Of a stretch of 64,000 bases of DNA, positions 48,406-57,712 are shown one piece after another; within the stretch, counting starts at the first letter, position 1, and the number at the start of each line of letters is the position of its first letter. Position numbers and translations under genes: made by a program. The stretch comes from an uncultured Bacteroidaceae bacterium (lineage in GTDB: Bacteria > Bacteroidota > Bacteroidia > Bacteroidales > GCA-2748055): NCBI GenBank assembly GCA_964479445.1, contig CAYZMH010000001.1, positions 11,805 to 75,804 of the forward strand, written 5' to 3'. The notes beneath the pieces were generated by a model, which saw nothing but the letters and a program-made list of their open reading frames with translations, ran no database searches and was not told the DNA's origin.

Positions 48406-51399
48406 ATGAAGGTCAGTACCGCGAAAGAGAAGCAGTTGATCAACGAGAAACTGGGTAAAGAACTGCAGTCAGATCTCCGAACACTCGACGCAAGACTGGA
48501 CGGAGACCTCTTTTTTGATACCCCGCGAAGATGGATGTATGCAACCGATGCGTCTGCATACCGTGAACTGCCCCTGGCCGTCTGCAGGCCCAAAAATGAG
48601 CAGGATGTCCGGGAATTAACCAGGTTTGCACGGAACAAAAAGATCACGTTGATCCCGAGAGCTGCCGGTACTTCATTGGCCGGACAGGTAGTGGGAAGAG
48701 GAATGGTGGTGGATATCTCCAGGTATATGACCGCCATTCTCGATTTCAATCCGGAAAAACGCCTTGTGAAAGTGCAACCCGGCGTGGTTCCCGATGAACT
48801 GAACCGGTTCCTGGCACCTTACGGACTCTTCTTTTCCCCGGAAACTTCCACTTCCAATCGCTGCATGATCGGGGGTATGATCGGAAACAATAGCAGCGGC
48901 CTGCACTCCCTGGTTTATGGAACTACCCGGGAACACATTCGCTCCCTTCGGATGGTGCTGGCAGACGGGAGCGGGGTTGAATTCGGACCGGTGGATGAGA
49001 AAGCATTCCATGAAAAGTGCGGGATACAGGGAACCGAGGGAGACGTCTATCGCTTTGTAAGGGACAAGCTGGGGGAGAAGCGTATTCGCAATACCATCAA
49101 AAATGAATTCCCCGATTCCCGGGTGAAGAGAAGAAATACGGGGTATGCCCTGGATGAATTACTGGATTGTGAGCTTTTCAGCGGAACGGAAGCTTCGCAG
49201 GAAAGTTTCAACTTCTGCCGCCTGATCGCGGGTTCTGAAGGCACCCTGGGGATGATTACCGAAGCAACCCTGGAACTGGACCCCCTGCCGCCCCCCGAAA
49301 AAGCCCTGATCCCGGTACATATGCGTTCGGTTAAAGAAGCTATACAGGGCAACCTGGTGGCCCTTCGCCATTCACCTTCTGCTGTGGAACTTATGGACAG
49401 CACTATCCTTGACCTTACCCGCGAAAACCTCACCCAGCGAAAGAATCGCTTCTTCGTGAAAGACCACCCCGGGGCTATCCTCATCGTGGAGATGAATGCT
49501 CCCACTCCGGAGGTGTTGCAACGTAACATGGATGGGATGATTGCCGATTTTGAGGAATCCGGACTGGGATATCACTTCCCGGTGGTAAGAGGTGAGAATA
49601 TCCCCAGGGTGTGGGCCCTGCGTAAGGCCGGATTGGGCGTGCTCTCCAAGATGGAGGGCGATGCCAAACCGGTGTCGGTGATTGAAGATACAAGCGTGGT
49701 GCCGGAAAGACTGGAGGAGTATATCAATCAGTTCAATGCGATGCTCGATAAGTACGGACTTGATTGCGTGTACCATGCCCATATCTCCGTGGGAGAACTT
49801 CACCTCCGCCCCTTGCTGAACCTGAAAGATCCCGAACATGTAAAACTGTTCCATACCCTGGCCGGGGAGACGGCCCGGCTTGTAAAAAGCTTTGGCGGAT
49901 CGCTCAGCGGTGAGCATGGAGATGGCAGACTCAGAGGAGAATTTATCCCGCTCATGGTAGGCGATGAGCTCTATGAATTGATGCGGGAATTAAAACATAC
50001 ATGGGATCCCCGGGGGATATTTAACCGGGGTAAGATCACCGATACACCCCCGATGAATACGTCCTTGCGATACCGGTCCGCCCCGGGCGCAGATACGATC
50101 GAAACCATATTTGATTTTAAAGCAGATGGCGGTATGATGCGCCATATCGAACAGTGCAACGGCTCGGGAGATTGCAGGAAGACAGAAGTGGTGGGTGGTA
50201 CCATGTGTCCCAGCTATATGGCCACGAGGGAGGAGTGGACAACCACCAGGGCTAGAGCCAATATGTTGCGGGAATTCATAGCAAGCGATCCTGAAAAAGC
50301 TCCTTTCGATCACCCGGAGATCTACAAGGTGCTGGACCTCTGCCTCTCCTGTAAAGCATGCAAATCGGAGTGTCCCTCGAGTGTGGATATGGCCAAACTG
50401 AAAGCTGAATTCCTTCAGCACTGGTACGATCAGCACGGTATTCCTCTGAGAACGAGAATGATTGCTTACATTACCAGCATCAATAAACTGGGATCCCATA
50501 TGCCGTCTCTCTTCAATTATGTGGCCACATCACCGCTGTCCTCTAATCTGCTGAAAAAATTCCTGGGATTTGCCACCACCCGCAGTATACCAACCCTTGC
50601 AAGGGTTCCGCTTAGAAAGTGGGCCCGACGCCACCTGGATGCTCTCAATAACTCCCTGCCTGAAGAGGCACCGGAGGTAATCTATTTTGCAGATGAGTTC
50701 ACCGAGTATAACGATACCTCCATCGGAATTACCGCTATTCGACTACTTAACAGACTGGGATACAGGGTGATGATTACCGGTCACGGACAGAGCGGACGGA
50801 CCTTTATCTCTAAGGGATTGCTGAGAACAGCTCGCAAACATGCACGAAGGTGTGTAAAAGCGCTGGCTCCGCTGGTAAATGATGACAGACCCCTGGTGGG
50901 AACTGAACCTTCGGCAATTCTGGGTTTTCGGGATGAATTTCCCGAACTGGTGGGCGAGGATATGAAAGAGGAGGCGACCCAATTATCGGAAAATGCCCTG
51001 ATGATCGAAGAGTTTCTTATGGTGGCCTATAAGAAGAAACAGTTTACCAATGAGGTGTTTACAAAGAGTGTACAACGCATAAAACTGCACGGCCACTGCC
51101 AGCAAAAGGCGGTTGCATCAACCCGGACCACCCTGGAACTGCTCTCCCTGCCCGATAATTACACGGTGGAGGAGATCCCGTCGGGGTGTTGCGGTATGGC
51201 GGGTTCCTTCGGGTATGAAAAAGAACACTACGATGTCGCTATGAAAGTAGGCGAACTGGTTTTGTTCCCCGCAGTAAGACAATCAGAAGAAGGGACCCTG
51301 ATTGCTGCGCCGGGAACCAGCTGCCGGCACCAGATCTGGGACGGTACCGGAACCAGGGCATGGCATCCGGTGGAAATACTTTACGAAGCACTCATTTGA
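48406..51399 (+). CDS. ydiJ: FAD-binding oxidase fused to 4Fe-4S and CCG domains (YdiJ-like, putative D-2-hydroxyacid dehydrogenase)
   Basis: It has an FAD_binding_4 N-terminus (IPRAAGTSLAGQ), the cluster motifs CNGSGDCRK..CPS and CLSCKACKSECP, and a C-terminal CCGMAGSFG. The length of 997 aa resembles E. coli YdiJ. Confidence 0.7.
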   Translation: MKVSTAKEKQLINEKLGKELQSDLRTLDARLDGDLFFDTPRRWMYATDASAYRELPLAVCRPKNEQDVRELTRFARNKKITLIPRAAGTSLAGQVVGRGMVVDISRYMTAILDFNPEKRLVKVQPGVVPDELNRFLAPYGLFFSPETSTSNRCMIGGMIGNNSSGLHSLVYGTTREHIRSLRMVLADGSGVEFGPVDEKAFHEKCGIQGTEGDVYRFVRDKLGEKRIRNTIKNEFPDSRVKRRNTGYALDELLDCELFSGTEASQESFNFCRLIAGSEGTLGMITEATLELDPLPPPEKALIPVHMRSVKEAIQGNLVALRHSPSAVELMDSTILDLTRENLTQRKNRFFVKDHPGAILIVEMNAPTPEVLQRNMDGMIADFEESGLGYHFPVVRGENIPRVWALRKAGLGVLSKMEGDAKPVSVIEDTSVVPERLEEYINQFNAMLDKYGLDCVYHAHISVGELHLRPLLNLKDPEHVKLFHTLAGETARLVKSFGGSLSGEHGDGRLRGEFIPLMVGDELYELMRELKHTWDPRGIFNRGKITDTPPMNTSLRYRSAPGADTIETIFDFKADGGMMRHIEQCNGSGDCRKTEVVGGTMCPSYMATREEWTTTRARANMLREFIASDPEKAPFDHPEIYKVLDLCLSCKACKSECPSSVDMAKLKAEFLQHWYDQHGIPLRTRMIAYITSINKLGSHMPSLFNYVATSPLSSNLLKKFLGFATTRSIPTLARVPLRKWARRHLDALNNSLPEEAPEVIYFADEFTEYNDTSIGITAIRLLNRLGYRVMITGHGQSGRTFISKGLLRTARKHARRCVKALAPLVNDDRPLVGTEPSAILGFRDEFPELVGEDMKEEATQLSENALMIEEFLMVAYKKKQFTNEVFTKSVQRIKLHGHCQQKAVASTRTTLELLSLPDNYTVEEIPSGCCGMAGSFGYEKEHYDVAMKVGELVLFPAVRQSEEGTLIAAPGTSCRHQIWDGTGTRAWHPVEILYEALI

Positions 51400-51455
51400 A
51401 AGAATAAATCTGGCTTTATAACCATCATTTGTTGAACACTACTAAGAGAATAACG

Positions 51456-52754
51456 ATGCTTAAAAAATTACCTCTCTGGGCTAAGATATTTATAGGAATG
51501 GGTCTGGGCATTGTATGGGGCCTGGTCGCTGTATGGCTGGAGTTTGATGAATTTACCACCAACTGGATCAAACCCTGGGGGAATATCTTTCTCAAGCTGC
51601 TGAAACTCATCGCCGTTCCACTTATTTTTGTATCCCTGGTAAAAGGGATATCCAGCCTTTCTAATATTACCAAATTATCCCGTATCGGATTGAAAACCAT
51701 CGGGATCTATATTTTTACCACGCTGGTCGCCACTACGCTTGGATTGATCATGGTGAATTCCATCCAGCCCGGGAATGTCTTTCCCGAAGAGCGACAGGAG
51801 TCCTACCGGGAACGCTTCATGGATGACGTCTCCGCCAGTCAGCTGTCCGCAGAATCACTGGAGAAAGAGTCACCGCTTGTTTTTCTCGAAGACATGATAC
51901 CGGAAAATATCTTTGCAGCAGCCGGGGATAACTCGAAAATGCTCCAGGTCATTTTCTTTGCGATCCTTTTCTCCATCGCGATTGTCATGATACCGGATAA
52001 ACAAACCGAAGTGGTAAGAAGGTTTTTTGACGGTCTGAATGCCATTGTATTGAAAATTATCGACATGATCATGTTCACAGCTCCATATGGTGTATTTGCA
52101 CTGATGGCAGCACTGATTGTCGATTTTTCAGGTGATGCGGAACTCTTTGGGGCCCTTGGTATGTATATTCTTACCGCCGCCATAAGCCTCTTTATCCTGA
52201 TTCTTATTTTCTATCCCCTGATTATCCGCCTGGTTGCATCTATTCCGTTGTTTCGCTTTCTTCGCGGCATCCTGCCTGCACAAATGGTTGCGTTCTCCAC
52301 CAGTTCGAGCGCCGCGACACTGCCCGTCACGATGAAACAGGTGATCAATGAGTTCAGGGTCTCACGCGGTATCGCCAACTTTGTACTCCCCGTGGGGGTG
52401 ACCATCAATATGGACGGAACATCCTGTTACCAGGCAGTAGCTGCTGTATTTATTGCCCAGGTATTTGGAATGGACCTTACCCTGAGTCAGCAACTGATTA
52501 TCGTCCTTACAGCAACCCTGGCCTCAATTGGAACTCCCGGTGTACCGGGGGGCAGCATCGTGATGCTGGTCATTGTGCTTAACTCCGTGGGAATACCCGC
52601 AGAAGGACTGGCACTTATTCTTGGGGTGGACCGACCTATCGATATGCTCCGAACGGTCGTTAATATTACCGGCGATTCTACCGTCGCGACAGTGGTTGCA
52701 AAATCTGAAAATGAGCTGGGTACCGACGAATCACCCGATCTGTCAACCTCCTGA
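51456..52754 (+). CDS. dicarboxylate/amino acid:cation symporter (DAACS, GltP family)
   Basis: Motifs FSTSSSAATLPV, NMDGTSCYQAVAAVFIAQ and VDRPIDMLRTVVNITGD are present. I moved the start to the first ATG at 51456. Confidence 0.85.
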   Translation: MLKKLPLWAKIFIGMGLGIVWGLVAVWLEFDEFTTNWIKPWGNIFLKLLKLIAVPLIFVSLVKGISSLSNITKLSRIGLKTIGIYIFTTLVATTLGLIMVNSIQPGNVFPEERQESYRERFMDDVSASQLSAESLEKESPLVFLEDMIPENIFAAAGDNSKMLQVIFFAILFSIAIVMIPDKQTEVVRRFFDGLNAIVLKIIDMIMFTAPYGVFALMAALIVDFSGDAELFGALGMYILTAAISLFILILIFYPLIIRLVASIPLFRFLRGILPAQMVAFSTSSSAATLPVTMKQVINEFRVSRGIANFVLPVGVTINMDGTSCYQAVAAVFIAQVFGMDLTLSQQLIIVLTATLASIGTPGVPGGSIVMLVIVLNSVGIPAEGLALILGVDRPIDMLRTVVNITGDSTVATVVAKSENELGTDESPDLSTS

Positions 52755-53179
52755 GAATGCCATATTTTAAAAATAGCAGGGGAGAGGGCGTAAATAGTTA
52801 AAACAGAAACGGGAAAAAATAGTCATCCTAAAATACCAGCTTAACTACCTGAGTAACCCACATCAATAACAAAACAGGAAGCGGAACGTAAACGTTACCA
52901 CCCGGAAGAAAATGCTGTCACCAGAAAAGCAAAGTTGTCAGCCAAAAGAACCCCCGCACAGTTATCCATAAACTAAGACCACCGGGAATTGATACGCCCG
53001 CTACAAACAATTGTAAATTCCTTCTTACACACTTCAGAAATATTTCCCGACAGGGAAAATAAAAATATATTACAAAATAAAACAAGTATAATTTATAAAT
53101 GTTAACAGAACAGGAACCTCTTTCGGTCCGGCTAAGCCAGAACGCAGGTTACACATGTAAACGTTGTTTCAACAAGCTT

Positions 53180-53440
53180 AGGATTTATAAATTATTACGT
53201 ATTATTAACTGTAAATCAATTATATATATATTTATATATAAATAAAAGGTTCAATTAAACATCGCAACATAATGGATTTATGCCTTATAATATGTAAATA
53301 TTTTATATTATAATGCAGAATATCAGCATTATATAAAATATATATAAAGTTTTAATTTAAATATGCAATAAAACAGTAAAATTAACTCTAATATACAGTA
53401 ATATAGACATATAATATATAACAATATGATCATACCGGGA
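53180..53440. other. AT-rich core of an ORF-free intergenic region of about 0.8 kb
   Basis: By hand count there are 29 G/C in the 180 nt from 53221 to 53400, about 84 percent AT. Runs such as TATATATATATTTATATATAAATAAAA occur. No ORF of 60 aa or more exists in any frame between 52771 and 53574. Confidence 0.8.
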
Positions 53441-53574
53441 TAAAATCAATAGGTTTACCTGACCCCCTGGCAACCTGCATACAAGTCAACCAAACAACTA
53501 AAGTTACAAAAGTAAACTACATAAATTCACACATGTGAACTACAGATTTGTTACATTTGTAAAAACATGTTATA

Positions 53575-54102
53575 ATGAATGAACGATTGCGTAAATTGCT
53601 CGCGAGTGAACAGCTCTCATCTTCTGCATTTGCTGATATAATAGGAGTTCAGCGCTCTAGCATTTCGCACCTGCTGGCCGGTCGTAACAAGCCCAGTTAT
53701 GATTTCCTTATTAAAACACTGGAGGCATTTCCCGGATTGAGGGCTGATTGGTTATTGCTAGGAGAGGGAAGTATGTATAAAGAAGATTTCAATCCGTCCG
53801 GTACAGTTCTGTCAGGTGGAAAAAGCGAAAACAAAACAGAGGAGAAGGATGATGGAAACTCTGTTGCAGGGAGAGATAGTAGTACGGATATCCATAAAAA
53901 AGAAAGCAATTTATTCTCGCAATCCAATGTGTTTAAAGATGTAAACAATGAGAAAAACGGTGAATCCGATTCTGTAACCGGGGATAATGGACTGGATGAG
54001 GATCTTACAGTAAGTCGGGCTGAGAAGAGTCCGGATAAACACATAAAGAGGGTCATGGTACTCTATTCCGATCATACTTTTCAATCCTATGAACCTGAAT
54101 AA
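53575..54102 (+). CDS. XRE-family helix-turn-helix protein with low-complexity C-terminal half
   Basis: The N-terminal HTH is LSSSAFADIIGVQRSSISHLLAGRNKPSYDFLIKTLEAFP. The acidic, Ser/Asn-rich remainder has no recognisable domain. Confidence 0.7.
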   Translation: MNERLRKLLASEQLSSSAFADIIGVQRSSISHLLAGRNKPSYDFLIKTLEAFPGLRADWLLLGEGSMYKEDFNPSGTVLSGGKSENKTEEKDDGNSVAGRDSSTDIHKKESNLFSQSNVFKDVNNEKNGESDSVTGDNGLDEDLTVSRAEKSPDKHIKRVMVLYSDHTFQSYEPE

Positions 54103-54135
54103 TGATTTCTGTGTATATTTGCCAGCAAAAATTGC

Positions 54136-55179
54136 ATGTATAAGCGCATCATACGTCCCCTCCTGTTTCTTTTTGCCCCTGAGACCATACATCATTTTTT
54201 AGTAAACGGATTATCTATTCTTTTCCGGGTACCCGGTTTTAGTGCTTTGATAAGGGCAATTTATAAGGTAAGGGATCCACGGCTTGAAACCGAATTCCTG
54301 GGAATGAAGCTGGAATCACCGGTTGGGCTGGCAGCAGGATTTGATAAAAACGGACTGGTATACAATGAATTTTACGATTTTGGTTTCTCTTTCATTGAGG
54401 TGGGAACAGTTACCCCCGAGGGTCAGCCTGGAAATCCCAAACCAAGAAGCTTCCGGATACCACGAGATTGCGGACTTATAAACAGGATGGGGTTCAATAA
54501 CAGGGGAGCAGATGCCATGGTCGGACAGCTCCAAAAAAAACGTCGCAGGAGTCTGGTGATAGGCGGTAATATCGGGAAAAACACCGCCACCCCAAATGCA
54601 AAGGCTGCACACGATTATGAATTCAGTTTCCGAACACTTTATCCGTGGGTGGATTATTTTGTAGTCAATGTGAGTTGTCCGAATATTACCGATCTCCATG
54701 AATTGCAGGACCAGGATTCACTTGAGCAGATTCTCAGCAGGTTAACGGGTATTCGAGATGAGATGGATCACAGGCTGCCCCTGTTGCTGAAGATCTCTCC
54801 CGATCTGAATAACGCCCAGATTGATATGTCCCTGGCCCTTGTGCAAAAGCTGGGTCTGGATGGCGTTGTGGCTACAAATACCACCATAAAGCGTGAGGGC
54901 TTGAAAACCGGCAAAAAGCGGTTGGAACAGATAGGAGACGGCGGAATGAGCGGTGCACCAATTACTGGTCGAAGCCTGGAAGTAGTCCGTTATATCTCCG
55001 AAAAAACAGGTGGTACCATGCCGATAATGGGAGTTGGAGGAATTATGTCGGTAGAAGACGCCCTCCGCATGCTGGATGCCGGAGCTTCCGTGATCCAGCT
55101 GTATACGGGATTCATCTATGAGGGTCCGGCCCTCATAAAACGAATTCAGAAAGCGATCCTGGAACGCCGCCTCACCTAG
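54136..55179 (+). CDS. pyrD: dihydroorotate dehydrogenase (quinone), class 2
   Basis: Motifs GLAAGFDKNG, EVGTVTP, NRMGFNN, NVSCPN and GVGGI are present. Confidence 0.95.
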   Translation: MYKRIIRPLLFLFAPETIHHFLVNGLSILFRVPGFSALIRAIYKVRDPRLETEFLGMKLESPVGLAAGFDKNGLVYNEFYDFGFSFIEVGTVTPEGQPGNPKPRSFRIPRDCGLINRMGFNNRGADAMVGQLQKKRRRSLVIGGNIGKNTATPNAKAAHDYEFSFRTLYPWVDYFVVNVSCPNITDLHELQDQDSLEQILSRLTGIRDEMDHRLPLLLKISPDLNNAQIDMSLALVQKLGLDGVVATNTTIKREGLKTGKKRLEQIGDGGMSGAPITGRSLEVVRYISEKTGGTMPIMGVGGIMSVEDALRMLDAGASVIQLYTGFIYEGPALIKRIQKAILERRLT

Positions 55180-56590
55180 CAGGGTATACCAGCGGACCTT
55201 TGTCAGGCAACGGCATGGTAAGACGGTTTTTGAGATTCTTTACCGGATCGGGCAACACCTCGTAACCCGGTTTTGCAGGCAGTCCCTTGGTTGCTATGGG
55301 GGAAACCCCGGTAATCGCTTCCAGTGTCCGGGCCAGAATCGGATCGGTAATATCTCCGAATGGCCTGGCAGTGAGCAGATCATCGTAAACCTCTAAATCA
55401 GGTTCCAGTCCGTCCACAAATCCCGAAAACCCTGTAGCACTGGTATATTTAAAAACGATTGGCTGCATGGCCCAGCTATGCCGTGGAGGCTCCTCTGTAT
55501 CGGGAATGGTGATCGACCCGTAAAATTTACCGTTGGTATAATCCCCAACATGGGTAACATCCAGGTAAGGATCCACCCCTATGATCAGCAGCTCGCTTGC
55601 AGAAGCCGACCGGCCGGAGGTCATGAAATAGACATCGGGCAGACCAAGATCAACCGATGGGTCTTTCTCGAGCAGTTGAACGAGGTACTCCGATTCCGGA
55701 CCGTAATCAGGGTTGTTCGTGAAGTAATCCTGGTAGTAATCGTTCCACTGGTATCGTACGAAAATATCTTCACTGCTGGTTACGGAGGCCGGACTGAGCA
55801 CCGACCCTATATGGGTGGCCATATTCACAGAGCCTCCCGGATTGTATCGAAGGTCAATCACAATATCATCGATCCCTTCGCTTACAAACTCGGTGAAAAC
55901 ATTATCCAGTGCGGTTAGATATTTGTCATTTTCTCCGCCGGTGAACTGGTTGTATACAAGGTACCCTATTTTTAGATCCTCGTAATCGATCACCTCATAA
56001 TGATGTACCGGGTTTTCATCAATGACTTCTGCCTGCAGAGTTACCTCTTTACCATTGGCCGTGAGTGTATTGGCTTCCTCATCATAATCTGAAAATTCAA
56101 GGGTCACATCATCAGCGTAGAACAGGTCAAGGTAATTATCGATGGTGATCACCTGGTCATTAATACGCGTTACAATTTCGCCCCGCGTGAGTCCGGCATC
56201 CTCAGCCGGAGAACCCTTCACGATATAGGCCGCAACCAGGATCACTTCATCTGTTCCTGAAATGCGGATGAAATAAGGAGATATCCCGTTGCCCTCCTCA
56301 ATATTGTTGAAACTTTTTTGCAGCTCCTCGTAGTCGTCCACGATCCATGAGAACCGGTCATCGGGATGAAGCAGTTTATAGAAAAAAGCTTCCGGATCGC
56401 TCTCCTCCATGGGATCAAGATCCTGGGGAACATCTTCAGCCCAGAAATAGACATCGTTCATCACATCCCAAATCCACTGATTCAGGATCTCGGTTTCCGT
56501 GGGTTCCTGCTCTTCTTCTTCCTTATCGCAAGCTGTAGCAAAGACCACCAGGGCCAGAGCCATCAATATCCATTGTAATTTGCCTTTCAT
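55172..56590 (-). CDS. S41 family (C-terminal processing type) peptidase lipoprotein with PDZ domain
   Basis: Lipobox VFATAC, a PDZ-like segment (GSPAEDAGLTRGEIVTRIN), and the S41 core DLRYNPGGSV and TSGRSASASELL. Confidence 0.8.
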   Translation of the reverse strand: MKGKLQWILMALALVVFATACDKEEEEQEPTETEILNQWIWDVMNDVYFWAEDVPQDLDPMEESDPEAFFYKLLHPDDRFSWIVDDYEELQKSFNNIEEGNGISPYFIRISGTDEVILVAAYIVKGSPAEDAGLTRGEIVTRINDQVITIDNYLDLFYADDVTLEFSDYDEEANTLTANGKEVTLQAEVIDENPVHHYEVIDYEDLKIGYLVYNQFTGGENDKYLTALDNVFTEFVSEGIDDIVIDLRYNPGGSVNMATHIGSVLSPASVTSSEDIFVRYQWNDYYQDYFTNNPDYGPESEYLVQLLEKDPSVDLGLPDVYFMTSGRSASASELLIIGVDPYLDVTHVGDYTNGKFYGSITIPDTEEPPRHSWAMQPIVFKYTSATGFSGFVDGLEPDLEVYDDLLTARPFGDITDPILARTLEAITGVSPIATKGLPAKPGYEVLPDPVKNLKNRLTMPLPDKGPLVYPAR

Positions 56591-56804
56591 GATATTAAAG
56601 GGGTTGATACATTTTTATTATAACAAAAATAGCGTTTTAGAGTTTGAATGATGTCAGAAAAACCAAAGAATCCACCTGGTAAATTGAAAAAGGTCGGCAA
56701 TCGGCAAAATAAGCGGGGGATTGTTCAGTAGCCGCAACAGGAATCTATACCGGTTACACCGGCAGGTAATTATTCTCCGCCAATGATACGATTATCCCGG
56801 CAGG

Positions 56805-57566
56805 TTAATCCTTATCCTGCGCTTTCCCGGTCATGGGTACAAACCGAACCGGATACTGGCTCTCACGGATCAGTTTCCCGCGCTTGTTCTTCTTCATAAT
56901 GATCAATTGCTGGTTCCAGCTATTCTTTCCTACCGGGATAACGATCCAACCACCGGGTTTCAACTGTTCAATAAGCGGCTCCGGAACATCCTTCGGAGAA
57001 CAGGTTACAATGATCTTATCAAATGGTGCATGTTCAGGCCATCCCAGATATCCATCTCCCGTTTTCACCTTAATATGATCGTATCCCAGTTCTTTTAACG
57101 TCCGCGATGCCCTGACACTCAACTCCGGCACGATCTCTATACTATATACATGCGCCGATAACTCCCCCAGGATAGCAGCCTGGTATCCACTCCCCGTACC
57201 AACCTCCAGGATTCTGTCATCAGGCTGAACATCAAGTAACTGGGTCATATGGGCCACGATTACAGGCTGTGAGATGGTTTGATCATACCCAATGGATAAC
57301 GGGTGATTCCGGTACGCCACATCCTGAAATTGCCGGGGTACAAATGCATGGCGCGGCACAATACGCATGGCTTTCAATACATCAGGATCTGATACATCCA
57401 TATGAGGATACTCCTCGATAGAGTTTTTCACCAGGGAATAGCGCTCCCTTACCCGCTCCGAGAAAGCAGGATGATCATGGTTCATGGTATCCCGCGGATG
57501 CTGCCCGTAAACAGTTCCTGCGCCTGTGCAATACAAAATCAGAAAAATAATAATCCTCTTCGTCAT
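56805..57566 (-). CDS. pcm: protein-L-isoaspartate O-methyltransferase with N-terminal signal/anchor sequence
   Basis: PRHAFVP, QTISQP and the SAM motif ILEVGTGSGYQAAIL are present. I moved the start to the ATG at 57566 (MTKRIIIFLILYCTGAGTVYGQ). The upstream part of the track ORF abuts the tRNA terminator. Confidence 0.85.
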   Translation of the reverse strand: MTKRIIIFLILYCTGAGTVYGQHPRDTMNHDHPAFSERVRERYSLVKNSIEEYPHMDVSDPDVLKAMRIVPRHAFVPRQFQDVAYRNHPLSIGYDQTISQPVIVAHMTQLLDVQPDDRILEVGTGSGYQAAILGELSAHVYSIEIVPELSVRASRTLKELGYDHIKVKTGDGYLGWPEHAPFDKIIVTCSPKDVPEPLIEQLKPGGWIVIPVGKNSWNQQLIIMKKNKRGKLIRESQYPVRFVPMTGKAQDKD

Positions 57567-57672
57567 ACCCCCAAGATACAAAATCACCGGTTGGGAATCA
57601 AGAGGAGCGAGGTTACCCGGAAACTGCGCTATCCTATCAGGCTCATTAGTGTGAAAAGGAGGGGGTACAGCC

Positions 57673-57703
57673 AAAAAAATCCCCGGAAAAAATATTTCCG
57701 GGG
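57673..57703 (-). terminator. intrinsic terminator downstream of tRNA-Lys
   Basis: A perfect 9-bp stem, CCCCGGAAA-N5-TTTCCGGGG, is followed on the minus strand by T7. Confidence 0.7.
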
Positions 57704-57712
57704 ATCTCTGGG

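Noticed and set aside
48440-50982. Multiple minus-strand ORFs of 60 to 181 aa within the YdiJ-like gene.
   Set aside because: All are antisense or out of frame relative to a 997-aa ORF with FAD, Fe-S and CCG motifs. They are typical shadow frames.
53149-53562. Invertible promoter (inverton) bounded by TTACACATGTAA and TTACATTTGTAA.
   Set aside because: The repeats are short and each is itself palindromic. No tyrosine or serine recombinase gene is in the window. An operator-site interpretation is simpler.
52755-53574. Chromosomal replication origin (oriC).
   Set aside because: I found only one near-consensus DnaA box (TTATCCATA) and no cluster of boxes. No dnaA, dnaN or other origin-linked genes are nearby. 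I kept it only as a check within the broader finding.
56648-56731. 27-codon basic mini-ORF (MMSEKPKNPPGKLKKVGNRQNKRGIVQ) between the S41 peptidase gene and pcm.
   Set aside because: I see no recognisable family, no promoter motif and no conservation evidence. It is too short to support from sequence alone.
57567-57674. N-terminal 36-codon extension of the pcm ORF (MAVPPPFHTNEPDR..).
   Set aside because: It abuts the tRNA-Lys terminator and is unlike any PCM N-terminus. The internal ATG at 57566 gives a sensible signal/anchor sequence.
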